Of a stretch of 64,000 nt of DNA, positions 10,578 through 20,645 are shown one piece after another. A program made the translations under genes and the position numbers. Origin of the DNA: Desulfatiglandales bacterium (GTDB lineage: Bacteria > Desulfobacterota > DSM-4660 > Desulfatiglandales > HGW-15). The DNA lies in NCBI GenBank assembly GCA_963667015.2, contig CAXXJJ010000004.1, forward strand, positions 2,080,001-2,144,000, read 5' to 3'. The notes under the pieces are model-generated. The model did not search any database. It was not told the DNA's origin and worked only from the letters and a program-made list of their open reading frames with translations. The stretch's first letter is position 1. Each line of letters begins with the position of its first letter.

Positions 10578-10605
10578 GGGGCGAATAATTATTATTCGCC
10601 CCTGC
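10578..10605. repeat. REP-like palindrome / possible bidirectional terminator between convergent genes
   Basis: GGGGCGAATAAT-T-ATTATTCGCCCC-TGC. Confidence 0.6.
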
Positions 10606-10638
10606 AATTCTGTAACCCTGATTAAACAGAGATAATTA

Positions 10639-12282
10639 TTATTTCACCATTTTCTGTTTTCGTACCTTTTCCTTAATCCGGTTTATATGGCCTCTGCCAA
10701 GGCCTTTCACCTCGCAATCAAGTTCGAAATATCTTTTGATTTTATCATCATCAAGCATTCCAAAGCAGTCAATAACAGCAAGCGGGCTGCCCGCCATTTT
10801 AACAACTTCCTCAGGATCAAGGTCAAGGTATTCCTGGTGTCTTACTGCCAGAATGATACAATCTGCTCCTTTTACAGCATCAGCAAGTTCTTTTGTCATC
10901 CTGAACTCGGTGAGGTGTTCCTGATTTCTGAAAAACCTTGACCAGCTTGCCCCGACTGCAGGATATGTATCCTGGCTTTCCAGCTCCCACCAGTGTTCCA
11001 CATAGGGGTCATGAGCCAGTACCTCTGCACCCATCTCGGTCAGTTTTCTGACGATAATCTCAGAACCGCTGTACCTGGTATCGCCGACATCTTCCCGGTA
11101 TGAAGCACCTAAAACCGTCACCTGAGATGCTGCTACTATTTTGCCCATATTCCTGAGGGCATCACGGGCTATCTGGGCGGCACGCAGCGCCCTTGTGTCA
11201 TTTATGTTAATAGCCTCAGGAGTAATCTTGAAAATGTCGTTCTCAAAGCCCATCAGATGTTTATAAGCCCACAAACCGAGTCCTCCATCCTTTGGAAGGC
11301 AGTAACCGCCAATTCCCGGACCAGGGAAAATCATATTATTGTGGGTAGGTCGAATCTTTATGGCATTAATTACCTTTATGAGATCAACTCCATTTGTCTC
11401 GGCAAACTGGCTCCATTCATCCATAAAGGCAAGTATAGTTGCCCGGTAACTGTTCTCGACAATTTTACAGGTTTCACTCTCAATAGGTTTATCAAGAACC
11501 GTCAGAGGATAATTCTCAACATTTAAAACATCGGAGAGAAAATTGGTGACTCGATCCCTGCTTTCACTGTTAATACCGCTGCAGACTCTCCAGAAATCTC
11601 TTACAGAGCTTACATAATTTTTCCCGGGCATTACCCTTTCATAGCTGTGTGCCAGGAGCGGTTCTTTATCAATCCCCCGCTTTTTGAATGCCTTTTTAAC
11701 ATGGGGGTATGCCACATATTCTGTAGTGCCGGGAGGAACGGTTGTTTCAATAAGTACAAGGCATTCCGGATTTATGTTATCGCCTATCACCTTAAAGCTT
11801 TCCTCAAGGGCAGTTATCTCGGCATGACCTGTTTTGAGATCACCAAGATCATTCTTCATATAGTCGCACTGTACATCTACAACAAGTACATCAGCGAGTT
11901 TAAGTGCCTCATATGTATAAGTTGCAATCATGGTTTTCTTGTCATTGACACATCTGGCAATCATCGGTGCAACCTCAGGGTCTTCGGCCTTAACCGGTGA
12001 CACCCCTCTGTTGAAAAGGGGAATTTTCCAGTAGCTTCTCGAGCTGGGTCTCTGCATACCTATAACAAATTTTTTTGATTCACCTGTTTTTTTATCTACG
12101 GAATCCGCTACAACGCCTGCCATGACTGCTCCGACAAAGCCGAGCCCCATGACAACCACAATCTCACGTCCCAGCTTTTTTTGTTCATCAACTACTTTTA
12201 CGAGCCTGTCATATTCCAGCTTGTAATCTTCATCCAATGGGATTTTAAACTTTTCACCTTCCGGGCTTACTGAATATTCCAT
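10639..12282 (-). CDS. nucleotide-sugar dehydrogenase (UDP-glucose/GDP-mannose dehydrogenase family)
   Basis: VMGLGFVG, IETTVPPGTT, ERVMPG, KIVENSYR, PGPGIGGYCLPKD, VLGASYREDVGDTRYS. Confidence 0.9.
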   Translation of the reverse strand: MEYSVSPEGEKFKIPLDEDYKLEYDRLVKVVDEQKKLGREIVVVMGLGFVGAVMAGVVADSVDKKTGESKKFVIGMQRPSSRSYWKIPLFNRGVSPVKAEDPEVAPMIARCVNDKKTMIATYTYEALKLADVLVVDVQCDYMKNDLGDLKTGHAEITALEESFKVIGDNINPECLVLIETTVPPGTTEYVAYPHVKKAFKKRGIDKEPLLAHSYERVMPGKNYVSSVRDFWRVCSGINSESRDRVTNFLSDVLNVENYPLTVLDKPIESETCKIVENSYRATILAFMDEWSQFAETNGVDLIKVINAIKIRPTHNNMIFPGPGIGGYCLPKDGGLGLWAYKHLMGFENDIFKITPEAININDTRALRAAQIARDALRNMGKIVAASQVTVLGASYREDVGDTRYSGSEIIVRKLTEMGAEVLAHDPYVEHWWELESQDTYPAVGASWSRFFRNQEHLTEFRMTKELADAVKGADCIILAVRHQEYLDLDPEEVVKMAGSPLAVIDCFGMLDDDKIKRYFELDCEVKGLGRGHINRIKEKVRKQKMVK

Positions 12283-12519
12283 AACGACCTCTTTCAGATT
12301 ATATATTTTAATACTTGGATTTAATGGGAATTAAGCATATTAAAAGCTTGAAAAAGGGATTTAATCATCTTAGAAATATATTTTCAAGCCAATAAGTTAA
12401 TGTTCAATACTGAATGGATACACTTATTTTAACAATATTATGTATCAATTATGATATTCGGATTTGACAACCACTTTCTTTAGATATAATTAAAAAAATA
12501 AATAAAAAATCAAAAAAAC

Positions 12520-13341
12520 ATGCCTCTAAAATCATACATATCAAGTATTTCACACCTCAGGACCTTAAATCAATCAGTTATCATAGATATATTCAAATAT
12601 ATCCTGGCAATATCAGTGTTGTGCTGGTTTACTGTGCGCGGAAATGAGAGGCTTGGGTATAACTGGCAATGGTTTCAAATCCCACACTTCCTGTTCAGCC
12701 TTGAAAACGGCAGTTTTACAGCCGGACCATTATTAAGAGGGCTTATTATAACATTAAAGATTACGGGAATAAGTCTGGTATCTGCTCTTCTTACAGGGCT
12801 TGCTGCGGCCCTTTTAAGGCTTTCAAAATCCCTTTCAGGAAATATCCTTGCTTTTTTATATATCGAAATCATCCGAAACACCCCTCTGCTCATTCAGCTT
12901 TTCTTTATTTACTTTGTTATATCTCCGATACTTGGTATCAGCCGTTTTGCATCGGCAGTAATAGCATTAAGCCTGTTTGAAGGCGCTTATATTTCCGAGA
13001 TTTTAAGAGGAGGTATATTATCAATAGATAAAGGCCAGTGGGAGGCTGCCTACAGCCTTGGACTTAAATCAGTTCATATCTACCGTAAAATAATTCTGCC
13101 GCAGGCGGTACGGAGGATTCTTCCGCCACTCACAGGACAGGCAATTTCTCTTATCAAGGATTCAGCCCTTGTCAGCACCATTGCTATTTACGACCTTACT
13201 ATGGAAGGGAGAATTATTATTTCCGAGACATACCTCACCTTTGAGATATGGTTCACCATTGCATTGATATATCTTATACTCACCGTAACAATCTCGTTAT
13301 TTGTTAAAAAAATGGAAAAGCAGCTAAATATTGGATATTAA
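12520..13341 (+). CDS. polar amino acid ABC transporter permease
   Basis: [32 protein letters not shown] (EAA loop), LIKDSAL. Confidence 0.93.
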   Translation: MPLKSYISSISHLRTLNQSVIIDIFKYILAISVLCWFTVRGNERLGYNWQWFQIPHFLFSLENGSFTAGPLLRGLIITLKITGISLVSALLTGLAAALLRLSKSLSGNILAFLYIEIIRNTPLLIQLFFIYFVISPILGISRFASAVIALSLFEGAYISEILRGGILSIDKGQWEAAYSLGLKSVHIYRKIILPQAVRRILPPLTGQAISLIKDSALVSTIAIYDLTMEGRIIISETYLTFEIWFTIALIYLILTVTISLFVKKMEKQLNIGY

Positions 13342-13358
13342 TATTATGGAATATTACC

Positions 13359-14105
13359 ATGCCAGAATTCTCTGATAAAATATTACGCGCCGACGGAATC
13401 AGCAAGACCTTTCCTAACAATGTCAGGGCACTTGAAAATTTTTCATTTTCGGTTAAAAAAGGAGAAGTTCTCACAATAATCGGTCCTTCGGGTTCAGGAA
13501 AATCAACATTGCTCCGATGTCTTAATGGTCTTGAAGAAATAGACAGCGGCACTATCACTGTAGACGGAATCCCATTTGACGCAAACTCACCGAACCGAAG
13601 GGAAATAATTAAAAAAATCGGGATGGTTTTTCAATCCTTCAACCTGTTTCCACACCTGACAGTTCTTGAAAACATCAGCCTGGCACCAAGACTGGTAAGG
13701 GGAACAGATAAAAAGGGAGCCGAGGCTGCGGCCCTGGATTTACTTGAAAAGGTAAACATATCAGACAAATCAAATGAATACCCGGCCAGGTTAAGCGGGG
13801 GCCAGCAGCAGAGGGTAGCTATTGCCAGGGCACTGGCAATGAACCCGGAAATAATGCTCTTTGATGAAGCCACCAGCGCCCTTGATCCCGAAATGATCAG
13901 CGAGGTGCTGGATGTAATAAGAGACCTGGCAAAGGGAGGAATGACAATGATTCTGGTTACCCACGAGATGGGTTTTGCCAGAGAAGTCAGCAACAGAGTC
14001 ATTTTTATGGAATCAGGAAGACTGATCGAGGAAGGCCATGCTGATACATTTTTCACATCACCTGAAAAGGAACGTACAAGATTGTTCCTTGATCAGATAC
14101 TATAA
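13359..14105 (+). CDS. polar amino acid ABC transporter ATP-binding protein (GlnQ-like)
   Basis: [44 protein letters not shown]. Confidence 0.95.
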   Translation: MPEFSDKILRADGISKTFPNNVRALENFSFSVKKGEVLTIIGPSGSGKSTLLRCLNGLEEIDSGTITVDGIPFDANSPNRREIIKKIGMVFQSFNLFPHLTVLENISLAPRLVRGTDKKGAEAAALDLLEKVNISDKSNEYPARLSGGQQQRVAIARALAMNPEIMLFDEATSALDPEMISEVLDVIRDLAKGGMTMILVTHEMGFAREVSNRVIFMESGRLIEEGHADTFFTSPEKERTRLFLDQIL

Positions 14106-14130
14106 AAGTATAAACCAATCCGGAGGAAAG

Positions 14131-14958
14131 ATGAAAAAATTTCAGGCTGTTTTTTATATATTTTTTGCCTTAACTTTAATATCCACAATACCCATGTGTA
14201 CAGGGGATTCCCGGCAAATAAAGGCCGATGAAAGCATGATTGACAAGGTGATCAGGAAAGGCTCCATAAAGATTGGAATGTCCACCTTTGTGCCATGGGC
14301 AATGAAGGATAAGAATGGAGAACTGATAGGTTTTGAAATTGATGTAGCAAAAAGGCTGGCAGAGGATATGGGAGTAAAGGCCGAGTTTGTTCCTACACAA
14401 TGGTCAGGTATTATACCTGCACTCATTACAGGTAAATTCGATATTATAGTAGGAGGAATGGGGATTACTCCCAAGAGGAACCTCAAGGTTAATTTCAGCA
14501 TACCGTATGATCATACAGGTATGTCGCTGGTCGCCCACAGAGAGATTGCAACGGGCTTTGAAAGCCTCGATGACTTTAACAGTCCTGATGTTACTGTTGT
14601 TGCAAGAATGGGATCGACATCAGCATCAGCAATTAAAAAGTATATACCGAAGGCAAAGCTGCTCCAGTTTGATGATGAATCCCAGGCTGTCCAGGAACTC
14701 CTGAACGGCAACGCGTACGCCTTTGTAAGTTCCGCCCCCCTTCCGGCATTTCAGGCCCTGAAACATCCCGACAAACTTTTCCTTCCTTTAAAGGAAAATT
14801 TCACAAAAGAACCCATAGCATTTGCAATCAGGAAGGGAGATTTTGATTCCTATAACTACCTGAATAACTGGATAACTGTAGTAACCGCCGAAGGATGGAT
14901 ACAGGAAAGAAAGCATTACTGGTTTGAAACGGATGAGTGGAGGGACAGGATAAAATAA
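14131..14958 (+). CDS. polar amino acid ABC transporter substrate-binding protein
   Basis: SBP family 3 motifs (GFEIDVA, WSGIIPALITGKFD); ATG 14131 after GGAGG; signal peptide. Confidence 0.93.
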   Translation: MKKFQAVFYIFFALTLISTIPMCTGDSRQIKADESMIDKVIRKGSIKIGMSTFVPWAMKDKNGELIGFEIDVAKRLAEDMGVKAEFVPTQWSGIIPALITGKFDIIVGGMGITPKRNLKVNFSIPYDHTGMSLVAHREIATGFESLDDFNSPDVTVVARMGSTSASAIKKYIPKAKLLQFDDESQAVQELLNGNAYAFVSSAPLPAFQALKHPDKLFLPLKENFTKEPIAFAIRKGDFDSYNYLNNWITVVTAEGWIQERKHYWFETDEWRDRIK

Positions 14959-15030
14959 CGTTTAAGGTTTGAGGTTTTAATCAGGGTTTTAAAAGTTTTC
15001 CGCAAACCGTACACCTTAGACCGCAAACCG
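14959..15030. repeat. inverted heptamer repeat array (GGTTTRA-like units facing ACC-type units)
   Basis: cgtttaa-ggtttga-ggtttta ... tccgcaa-accgtac-accttag-accgcaa-accg. Confidence 0.65.
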
Positions 15031-15037
15031 ATTACAT

Positions 15038-15922
15038 ATGGCATCTAAAAAATACAAAATAACCCCTATAGACCTGATCATAATTCCACTGGTGATTTTA
15101 ATCATTATATACATATATTACAGGATCAAGACCAACCTACACTACGACTGGGAATGGAGTGCAATCCCGCAGTACCTGTTCCGGTTTGATTCGGAAAAAG
15201 GCAGATGGATACCCAATCTGCTTATGCAGGGATTATTAAACACAATCCGGTTGAGTATATGGGGAATTATTTTTGCTCTTATAGTTGGTATTATAATGGG
15301 ACTTTGCCGTGTCAGTAAAAGCCTCTTCAGGAGACTCCTGGGAGGCACCTATGTCGAACTTGTGAGAAATACTCCTCCCCTTGTCATCATCTTTATTTTT
15401 TATTTCTTTTTCAGCAGTCAGATAATTCCACTGTTTGGGCTGGATGAATTTGTAGACTCTGCAGGGGATTCTACCCTGAGTATAATATCCATACTGTTTG
15501 GAACTCCTGCCATGTTCCCTGCATTTCTTTCCGCCATTATAACCCTGGCCATATTTGAAGGGGCCTATATAACCGAGATCATAAGGGCCGGAATAGAGTC
15601 CATAGAAAAAGGGCAGTGGGAGGCTTCACATGCACTTGGGCTCAGCAGATATCAGCAGTACCGGTACATTATTCTGCCGCAGGCAACGCAGAGGGTGCTT
15701 TTACCACTTGCCGGCCAGTTCATTTCAACAATAAAGGACTCGGCAATCGTATCGATAATATCTATCCAGGAGTTAACCTTCCAGGGAATGGAACTGATGT
15801 CAGCAACCTACCTGACTTTTGAGGTATGGATAACCATCGCCATTATGTACCTTATTTTATCAGTTTCTCTTTCATTGATTATCGGACGTCTGGAGGTATT
15901 TATACGAACAAGATCTGCCTAA
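15038..15922 (+). CDS. polar amino acid ABC transporter permease
   Basis: VRNTPPLV, EIIRAGIESIEKGQWEASHALG, IKDSAI. Confidence 0.93.
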   Translation: MASKKYKITPIDLIIIPLVILIIIYIYYRIKTNLHYDWEWSAIPQYLFRFDSEKGRWIPNLLMQGLLNTIRLSIWGIIFALIVGIIMGLCRVSKSLFRRLLGGTYVELVRNTPPLVIIFIFYFFFSSQIIPLFGLDEFVDSAGDSTLSIISILFGTPAMFPAFLSAIITLAIFEGAYITEIIRAGIESIEKGQWEASHALGLSRYQQYRYIILPQATQRVLLPLAGQFISTIKDSAIVSIISIQELTFQGMELMSATYLTFEVWITIAIMYLILSVSLSLIIGRLEVFIRTRSA

Positions 15923-15981
15923 CGATGTGTGATATATATTCCGGCAAACCCGTTGGCTGAAAACATATCCGTCTGTGATAA

Positions 15982-16017
15982 AATTATTTTATTCTCTGCC
16001 AGGTTCGGTTGTTTACC
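15982..16017. repeat. 36-bp direct repeat, copy 1
   Basis: AATTATTTTATTCTCTGCCAGGTTCGGTTGTTTACC, identical to 16515-16550. Confidence 0.9.
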
Positions 16018-16386
16018 TGATCATTTCCTCATCGAGTCCCACTGTGCTTACACAATACCCTGTGGCCCAAAAACTTAAGCCTGTCATTCTTTTTGTACTT
16101 AATAATTCACGGTGTATCCGGATAGCACTTACTTTTACCTTTTATAAACCCAACTGTATTTGCAACACTGTATTTGGGTGGAATACTCACACATATATGG
16201 ATATGATCCGACATTGCATAACCTTCAAGTAATTCTATTCCTTTTTGTTTACATAGCTCTCTTATTATAGAGCCTATTTTCTCTCGGATTTTCCCATATA
16301 CTGTTTTGTGACGATACTTTGTTACGAATACTATATGATATTTACACTCCCATCTTACATGTGATAATGTTTGCCATTCTTTTCAT
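16014..16386 (-). pseudogene. tnpA: IS200/IS605 family transposase TnpA, frameshifted pseudogene
   Basis: Minus strand: AGGAGG RBS, then MKEWQTLSHVRWECKYHIVFVTK /fs/ YRHKTVYG...DHIHM...PPKYSVANTVGFIKGKS /fs/ AIRIHRE...FWATGYCVSTVGLDEEMIR*; HUH motif present. Confidence 0.9.
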
Positions 16387-16505
16387 AGGTTCTTCCTCCT
16401 GCCTCAATACTGGGGCTTTTCTAGGGGAAGAACCTTTTATCACATTTTTTTCACCCCGAAACGGTTAGAACCCTTTAGGGTCGCACGGGCAGAGCCCGTG
16501 GTTTA
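16014..16505 (-). mobile_element. decayed IS200/IS605 family element
   Basis: tnpA remnant plus subterminal hairpin CACGGGC-AGA-GCCCGTG (16484-16500) upstream of tnpA. Confidence 0.8.
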
Positions 16506-16514
16506 ATTTAAAAC

Positions 16515-16550
16515 AATTATTTTATTCTCTGCCAGGTTCGGTTGTTTACC
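16515..16550. repeat. 36-bp direct repeat, copy 2
   Basis: Identical to 15982-16017. Confidence 0.9.
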
Positions 16551-16562
16551 CTTTTATATTCG

Positions 16563-16619
16563 CAGGAATTCGCCTTCCCGGAAATGGAACTGATGTAAAC
16601 AACCTGCCTGACATTTGAG
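16563..16619 (+). repeat. degenerate duplicate of a 57-bp segment of the upstream permease gene
   Basis: Ungapped 48/57 identity to 15767-15823 (QELTFQGMELMSATYLTFE). Confidence 0.8.
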
Positions 16620-16631
16620 AACCGTGAAGGG

Positions 16632-17234
16632 TTATTTATCCAGCTCGATATTTTCAAGATATCGGCTTATTGCCCCGTCATATTTATGTGTAAGATTGAA
16701 CACCTTTTTAGCAAGATAAAATCTTGTTTTTAACAGGGTTGCTCCCTGATTTTCTTCCATTTCCTTCAGAACCAGGTCATAGTCTTCAGGGTCTACAACA
16801 ACTGTTACATCATTGAAATTTTTAGCCGAGGACCTCAGCATGGCAGGACCGCCTATATCTATATTTTCAATAGCATCTTCCAGAGTAACACCTTCTTTTG
16901 AGATGGTCTTTTCAAACTGATACAGGTTAACAACAATAAGATCGATATTTGATATCCCGTTTTCCTGCATCATTTTTACATGTTCAGGATTGCTTCTTAC
17001 ACCAAGCAGACCGCCATGGACCTTAGGATGAAGCGTTTTGACCCTCCCGTCGAGCATCTCAGGAAATCCCGTATACTCGGAAATATCCATTACCTTTACA
17101 CCGCCTTCTCTTATTGTCTTTGCAGTTCCTCCGGTTGAAAGTATCTCAACACCCCTATCGCTCAACTTACATGAAAATTCAACAATACCGGATTTGTCCG
17201 TAACACTGATAATGGCTCTTTCAATTTTTTTCAT
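16632..17234 (-). CDS. purH: IMP cyclohydrolase (PurH N-terminal domain only)
   Basis: [51 protein letters not shown]; no AICAR transformylase domain. Confidence 0.88.
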   Translation of the reverse strand: MKKIERAIISVTDKSGIVEFSCKLSDRGVEILSTGGTAKTIREGGVKVMDISEYTGFPEMLDGRVKTLHPKVHGGLLGVRSNPEHVKMMQENGISNIDLIVVNLYQFEKTISKEGVTLEDAIENIDIGGPAMLRSSAKNFNDVTVVVDPEDYDLVLKEMEENQGATLLKTRFYLAKKVFNLTHKYDGAISRYLENIELDK

Positions 17235-17266
17235 TGTCGCCCCCTTTTACTTGATATTGGCTTTTT

Positions 17267-17449
17267 ATAACCTGTAGTATTATATATTTTCAAGAAAAGA
17301 ATGAGGAATGTAAAAGCTTGCACTTGGCATCAGCAGACTGTTAGCTGCTAGGTACCGAGGAGTGCCGATCGAGGCGTATACAGATATGCCGCAGGGAGAA
17401 GCGACCGAGGGTAACACCGCAGATGACAGTTTTATGGTGTCCAGGTTAT
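17267..17449. repeat. GC-rich intergenic repeat / MITE-like element
   Basis: GC-rich island in AT-rich context; internal hairpin GGCGTAT-ACAG-ATATGCC; outer 8-bp IR ATAACCTG/CAGGTTAT. Confidence 0.45.
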
Positions 17450-19866
17450 CTTGATTGCTTGATTGCAAGAACCGCCTGGTTACATAAAGTCTTCATATAA
17501 TTCACCTGTGTTCCTGTGAGCACAGTCCCGCTGAGCTCGCGGTCTGCATAAAAGAGACCGATTACCTTTTTATTGACCACCAGGGGATAGAGGACAAATG
17601 CAGGGGCATATATATTCGTCGTATACCATTCGGGAATTCTTTTTTTAAATCGTTCATCCCTTGAATCGAATACTCCGATATCCTTTGCCTGCAATACGGA
17701 AAAATTAAATACATCAGGATTTCTGTCTATCTTGAATCTGAAACTCTCAACTACCTGTTCTATATCCTTTCCAAGGCCAAAACTCCCCTTCATTTCCATT
17801 TTTTTTGTATTCATGATAGAGAATAAAACCCTGTTAAAGTTGAAACCCCTGTACATGGTCTCAAGAATCATAGTGAGTATATCGTTAAGATTAAATTCCT
17901 CGAGTAAGGTATTTGTAATGTCCTGAATGCCGTTTATCAGTATCTTCTGTGGATCTTTAACTTCTCCCGTGTCATTAAGGGTTCCAGATATTTCTACATC
18001 ATCATAATCATTTTGTTCGATTTCACCTGTTTCTATTGCCGATGTCTTTACAGCGTTATCAGCAATGGCGGGTGCAGTGATCTGCTGGGTTTTCGAAAAG
18101 CTTTCTACCTGTCTGATAAATTTACTTTTCTTTAAGTTGACATTGAATATCTTGGAATATTCATTGACCTTTTCCCTCGCGGATTCCAGCAGAGAACCGA
18201 CCTGTTTTTTATTTAAAGGGATACTCTTTTCATACCTTTTGAGAAGTTTTGTAAGTGCATCCCGGTTTTCCTCGTCATCCGGACTGTTTATGATATCGCA
18301 AAGTTCATTTGAAAAACCGGAAAGATTTCTGAGTTTTTCATCTTCTGTTTTTGGATAATCAATCCTTCCTCTGGGCGGGCTTATCATTGAATTTGTTATT
18401 TTTTTGGGAAACTTCCATACGTTTGCGATCCCTCTTCCGAGTTCCTCGTATGTCATTCCAAGGACCGACTTTGCTGCAATAGCTTCGGATATCCCCTTCT
18501 GTACCATAAGGTTGCTTATCTGGGAATATTCTTCATCAAAATAATACAGCACCAGATGCTTGCCAAGTTTATGCAGCATTGCACAAATAAATGCTTCTTC
18601 GCTTGCCTCCACACCTATATTTTGAGCAAGGTCCTTTGCTATTACACCACTCATAAAGGAGCTTACAGATGACTCACTCAGCACTTCCTTCTGGTTTTTA
18701 TTTTTTAACTGATCAATAAGCATCAGGCTTGATGCCGCCATGCTGACCTGTTCAAAGCCAAGTACAACCACGGCCCTTGATACAGTTGTTATTTTTCCGG
18801 CAAACTGGCCATAAAAGGCCGAATTTACCAGTTTTAGTAATTTATTTGTTAGAGAATAGTCCTTCAGGATAGCGTTTGCCAGCTCCGAAGCGGAGGAAAC
18901 ATTAACCTGTGAGACAGAGGCCCTTTTGTTTATCTCCATTATATTGTGAGAAAAGGTAGGAAAATCACTCTTGTAACGTATTTTTCTAAGTAAAAAATCG
19001 AGTGTGCTGTGACTGCCGGAATTGCTGCCGTCTTTATCATCCTCTTCATTTTTTGAATCAAGATATTCTTCGAGATCTTCTTTCATCTTTATGGCACTCG
19101 AATAACGTGCAGAAAGATCATGTTCGAGAGCCTTCATAACAATGCGGTCAAGTTCTGTATCTATAGTATTGTTTTTAGCAGAAGGAGGGGGTATTTTTTC
19201 GTTGGCTATTTTATACATTATTGTGAAATCATTATCAGCTTCTATTGCAGGTTTCGCCAGCAGCATCTCATAAAATATCAACCCTAAGGAAAAAATATCA
19301 GACTGCGTGCACAGCCCTCCTCTGGAAAAATGCTCAGGTGACATATAAAATGGTGTTCCTGAGATATCATTTTCCGGACTGCAGTCTTTACCAACGACTA
19401 CAGATATTCCAAAATCCATTATCCTGGGAAGCCCGTTTTTATCTATCAATATATTTGACGGACTTAGATCCCTATGTACTATTCCCTGTTCATGCGCCTT
19501 TGAGATACCATCTAAAATCTGGATCATAAACCTGATTGCCTTGTGAACCACAAAAGCACCGGATTTTCTTATCTGCTCTTTAAGAGATATTCCGTCGACA
19601 TATTCAAAAACAAGAAACAGCTGATCACGATCCTGCCCGGCTTCGTATAAAGGTATAATATTGGGATGCTGTAATTTGCTTACTGTTTTTGCTTCACTCA
19701 GGAGGCGGTCCTGCTTTCCTTTCTGAATCAGGGTCTGCTTATGAAGGGTTTTAATCGCAACATTTCGTTCAAGGCGTGGATCGGATGCAAGATATACTAC
19801 CCCTTGTGATCCCCTTCCAAGTTCACTAAGAATTTTAAACCTGTCAATATAAGCCGGTATTACCAT
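17446..19866 (-). CDS. Ser/Thr protein kinase with HDOD and C-terminal GAF-like domains
   Basis: LGRGSQGVVY, VAIK, HRDLSPSN, DFG, GTPFYMSPE; HDOD motif ILKDYSLTNKLLKLVNSAFY...ITTVSRAVVVLG; C-terminal PLVVNKKVIGLFYAD. Confidence 0.9.
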   Translation of the reverse strand: MVIPAYIDRFKILSELGRGSQGVVYLASDPRLERNVAIKTLHKQTLIQKGKQDRLLSEAKTVSKLQHPNIIPLYEAGQDRDQLFLVFEYVDGISLKEQIRKSGAFVVHKAIRFMIQILDGISKAHEQGIVHRDLSPSNILIDKNGLPRIMDFGISVVVGKDCSPENDISGTPFYMSPEHFSRGGLCTQSDIFSLGLIFYEMLLAKPAIEADNDFTIMYKIANEKIPPPSAKNNTIDTELDRIVMKALEHDLSARYSSAIKMKEDLEEYLDSKNEEDDKDGSNSGSHSTLDFLLRKIRYKSDFPTFSHNIMEINKRASVSQVNVSSASELANAILKDYSLTNKLLKLVNSAFYGQFAGKITTVSRAVVVLGFEQVSMAASSLMLIDQLKNKNQKEVLSESSVSSFMSGVIAKDLAQNIGVEASEEAFICAMLHKLGKHLVLYYFDEEYSQISNLMVQKGISEAIAAKSVLGMTYEELGRGIANVWKFPKKITNSMISPPRGRIDYPKTEDEKLRNLSGFSNELCDIINSPDDEENRDALTKLLKRYEKSIPLNKKQVGSLLESAREKVNEYSKIFNVNLKKSKFIRQVESFSKTQQITAPAIADNAVKTSAIETGEIEQNDYDDVEISGTLNDTGEVKDPQKILINGIQDITNTLLEEFNLNDILTMILETMYRGFNFNRVLFSIMNTKKMEMKGSFGLGKDIEQVVESFRFKIDRNPDVFNFSVLQAKDIGVFDSRDERFKKRIPEWYTTNIYAPAFVLYPLVVNKKVIGLFYADRELSGTVLTGTQVNYMKTLCNQAVLAIKQSR

Positions 19867-20155
19867 ATAATTTGTCTATAATTCCTACAGTCAACCACTT
19901 TAGCTCATGAAATTACCTGATATTTCAAAATGTTAAACACATATAATATTTTATCGTCATAAATAGCAAAAAACTTTATGTTTTTTGAAGCGGGCTCCAT
20001 GTTATATTAAAAAAACAATAACAAATGAGTATTTTTATATATTAAGTTGTCTAATATTATAACTTGACAGCAAGAGGCATTACATATAATTTTTTCGGAT
20101 AATTTCTGATTATCTTAAAGCTGGACAAAATAATATTAAGGAGGATTTGCAAAAA

Positions 20156-20560
20156 ATGAGAAAAGGTTGGTTTTTGACTATCATGCTTGTATGCGCCGGG
20201 ATGTTGATCACATCGGGCATACTTACTGCGGCTGATTTCCCCGAAGAAATCGTTATTGACGGCAAGGCCTATAAAAAAGATATGAAAGGTCCTGTCAATT
20301 TTGCTCATTCCAAACACGCCACTGATTATGGTTTTGAATGTTCAGAATGTCATCACAGATATGAAAATGGTGAAAATATTTGGAATGCCGGTGATGAAGT
20401 AAAAAAATGCGCCGAATGCCATGACGCGGCTAAATCAGAAGGTAACGTTAAAAAACTTATGACGGCATATCACAATAACTGCAAAAACTGTCATAAGGAA
20501 AAAAACAAAGAAGGTAAAAATGCACCTGACAAAAAATGCGAAGGCTGCCATCAGAAGTGA
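20156..20560 (+). CDS. tetraheme cytochrome c3 (class III)
   Basis: Signal peptide; four CxxCH (CSECH, CAECH, CKNCH, CEGCH); FAHSKH distal His motif; alternative TTG start at 20147. Confidence 0.93.
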   Translation: MRKGWFLTIMLVCAGMLITSGILTAADFPEEIVIDGKAYKKDMKGPVNFAHSKHATDYGFECSECHHRYENGENIWNAGDEVKKCAECHDAAKSEGNVKKLMTAYHNNCKNCHKEKNKEGKNAPDKKCEGCHQK

Positions 20561-20579
20561 TTTCTAAATCACAAAAATA

Positions 20580-20612
20580 AAAAAAGCCGCTATCTTGATA
20601 GCGGCTTTTTTT
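20580..20612. terminator. bidirectional intrinsic terminator
   Basis: AAAAAAGCCGCTATC-TT-GATAGCGGCTTTTTT between convergent genes. Confidence 0.85.
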
Positions 20613-20645
20613 ATACTCAATAAAACTTATAAGGATATTTTTTTA

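Noticed and set aside
12464..12490. TTGACA...TATAAT promoters here and at 20064-20090
   Set aside because: Spacing between the perfect hexamers is only 15 bp; promoters are plausible but the exact -10 cannot be assigned.
15975..16232. 85-aa plus-strand ORF
   Set aside because: Antisense shadow of the tnpA pseudogene.
15767..16619. Diversity-generating retroelement TR/VR pair
   Set aside because: Mismatched adenines are split between both copies, the target is an ABC permease, and no reverse transcriptase is present.
17240..17445. ZMP/ZTP riboswitch upstream of purH
   Set aside because: The minus-strand leader lacks the recognisable consensus elements (ACUGRCG...GUGG...CCAC, CGCCUGGGCA); it looks like a dispersed repeat instead.
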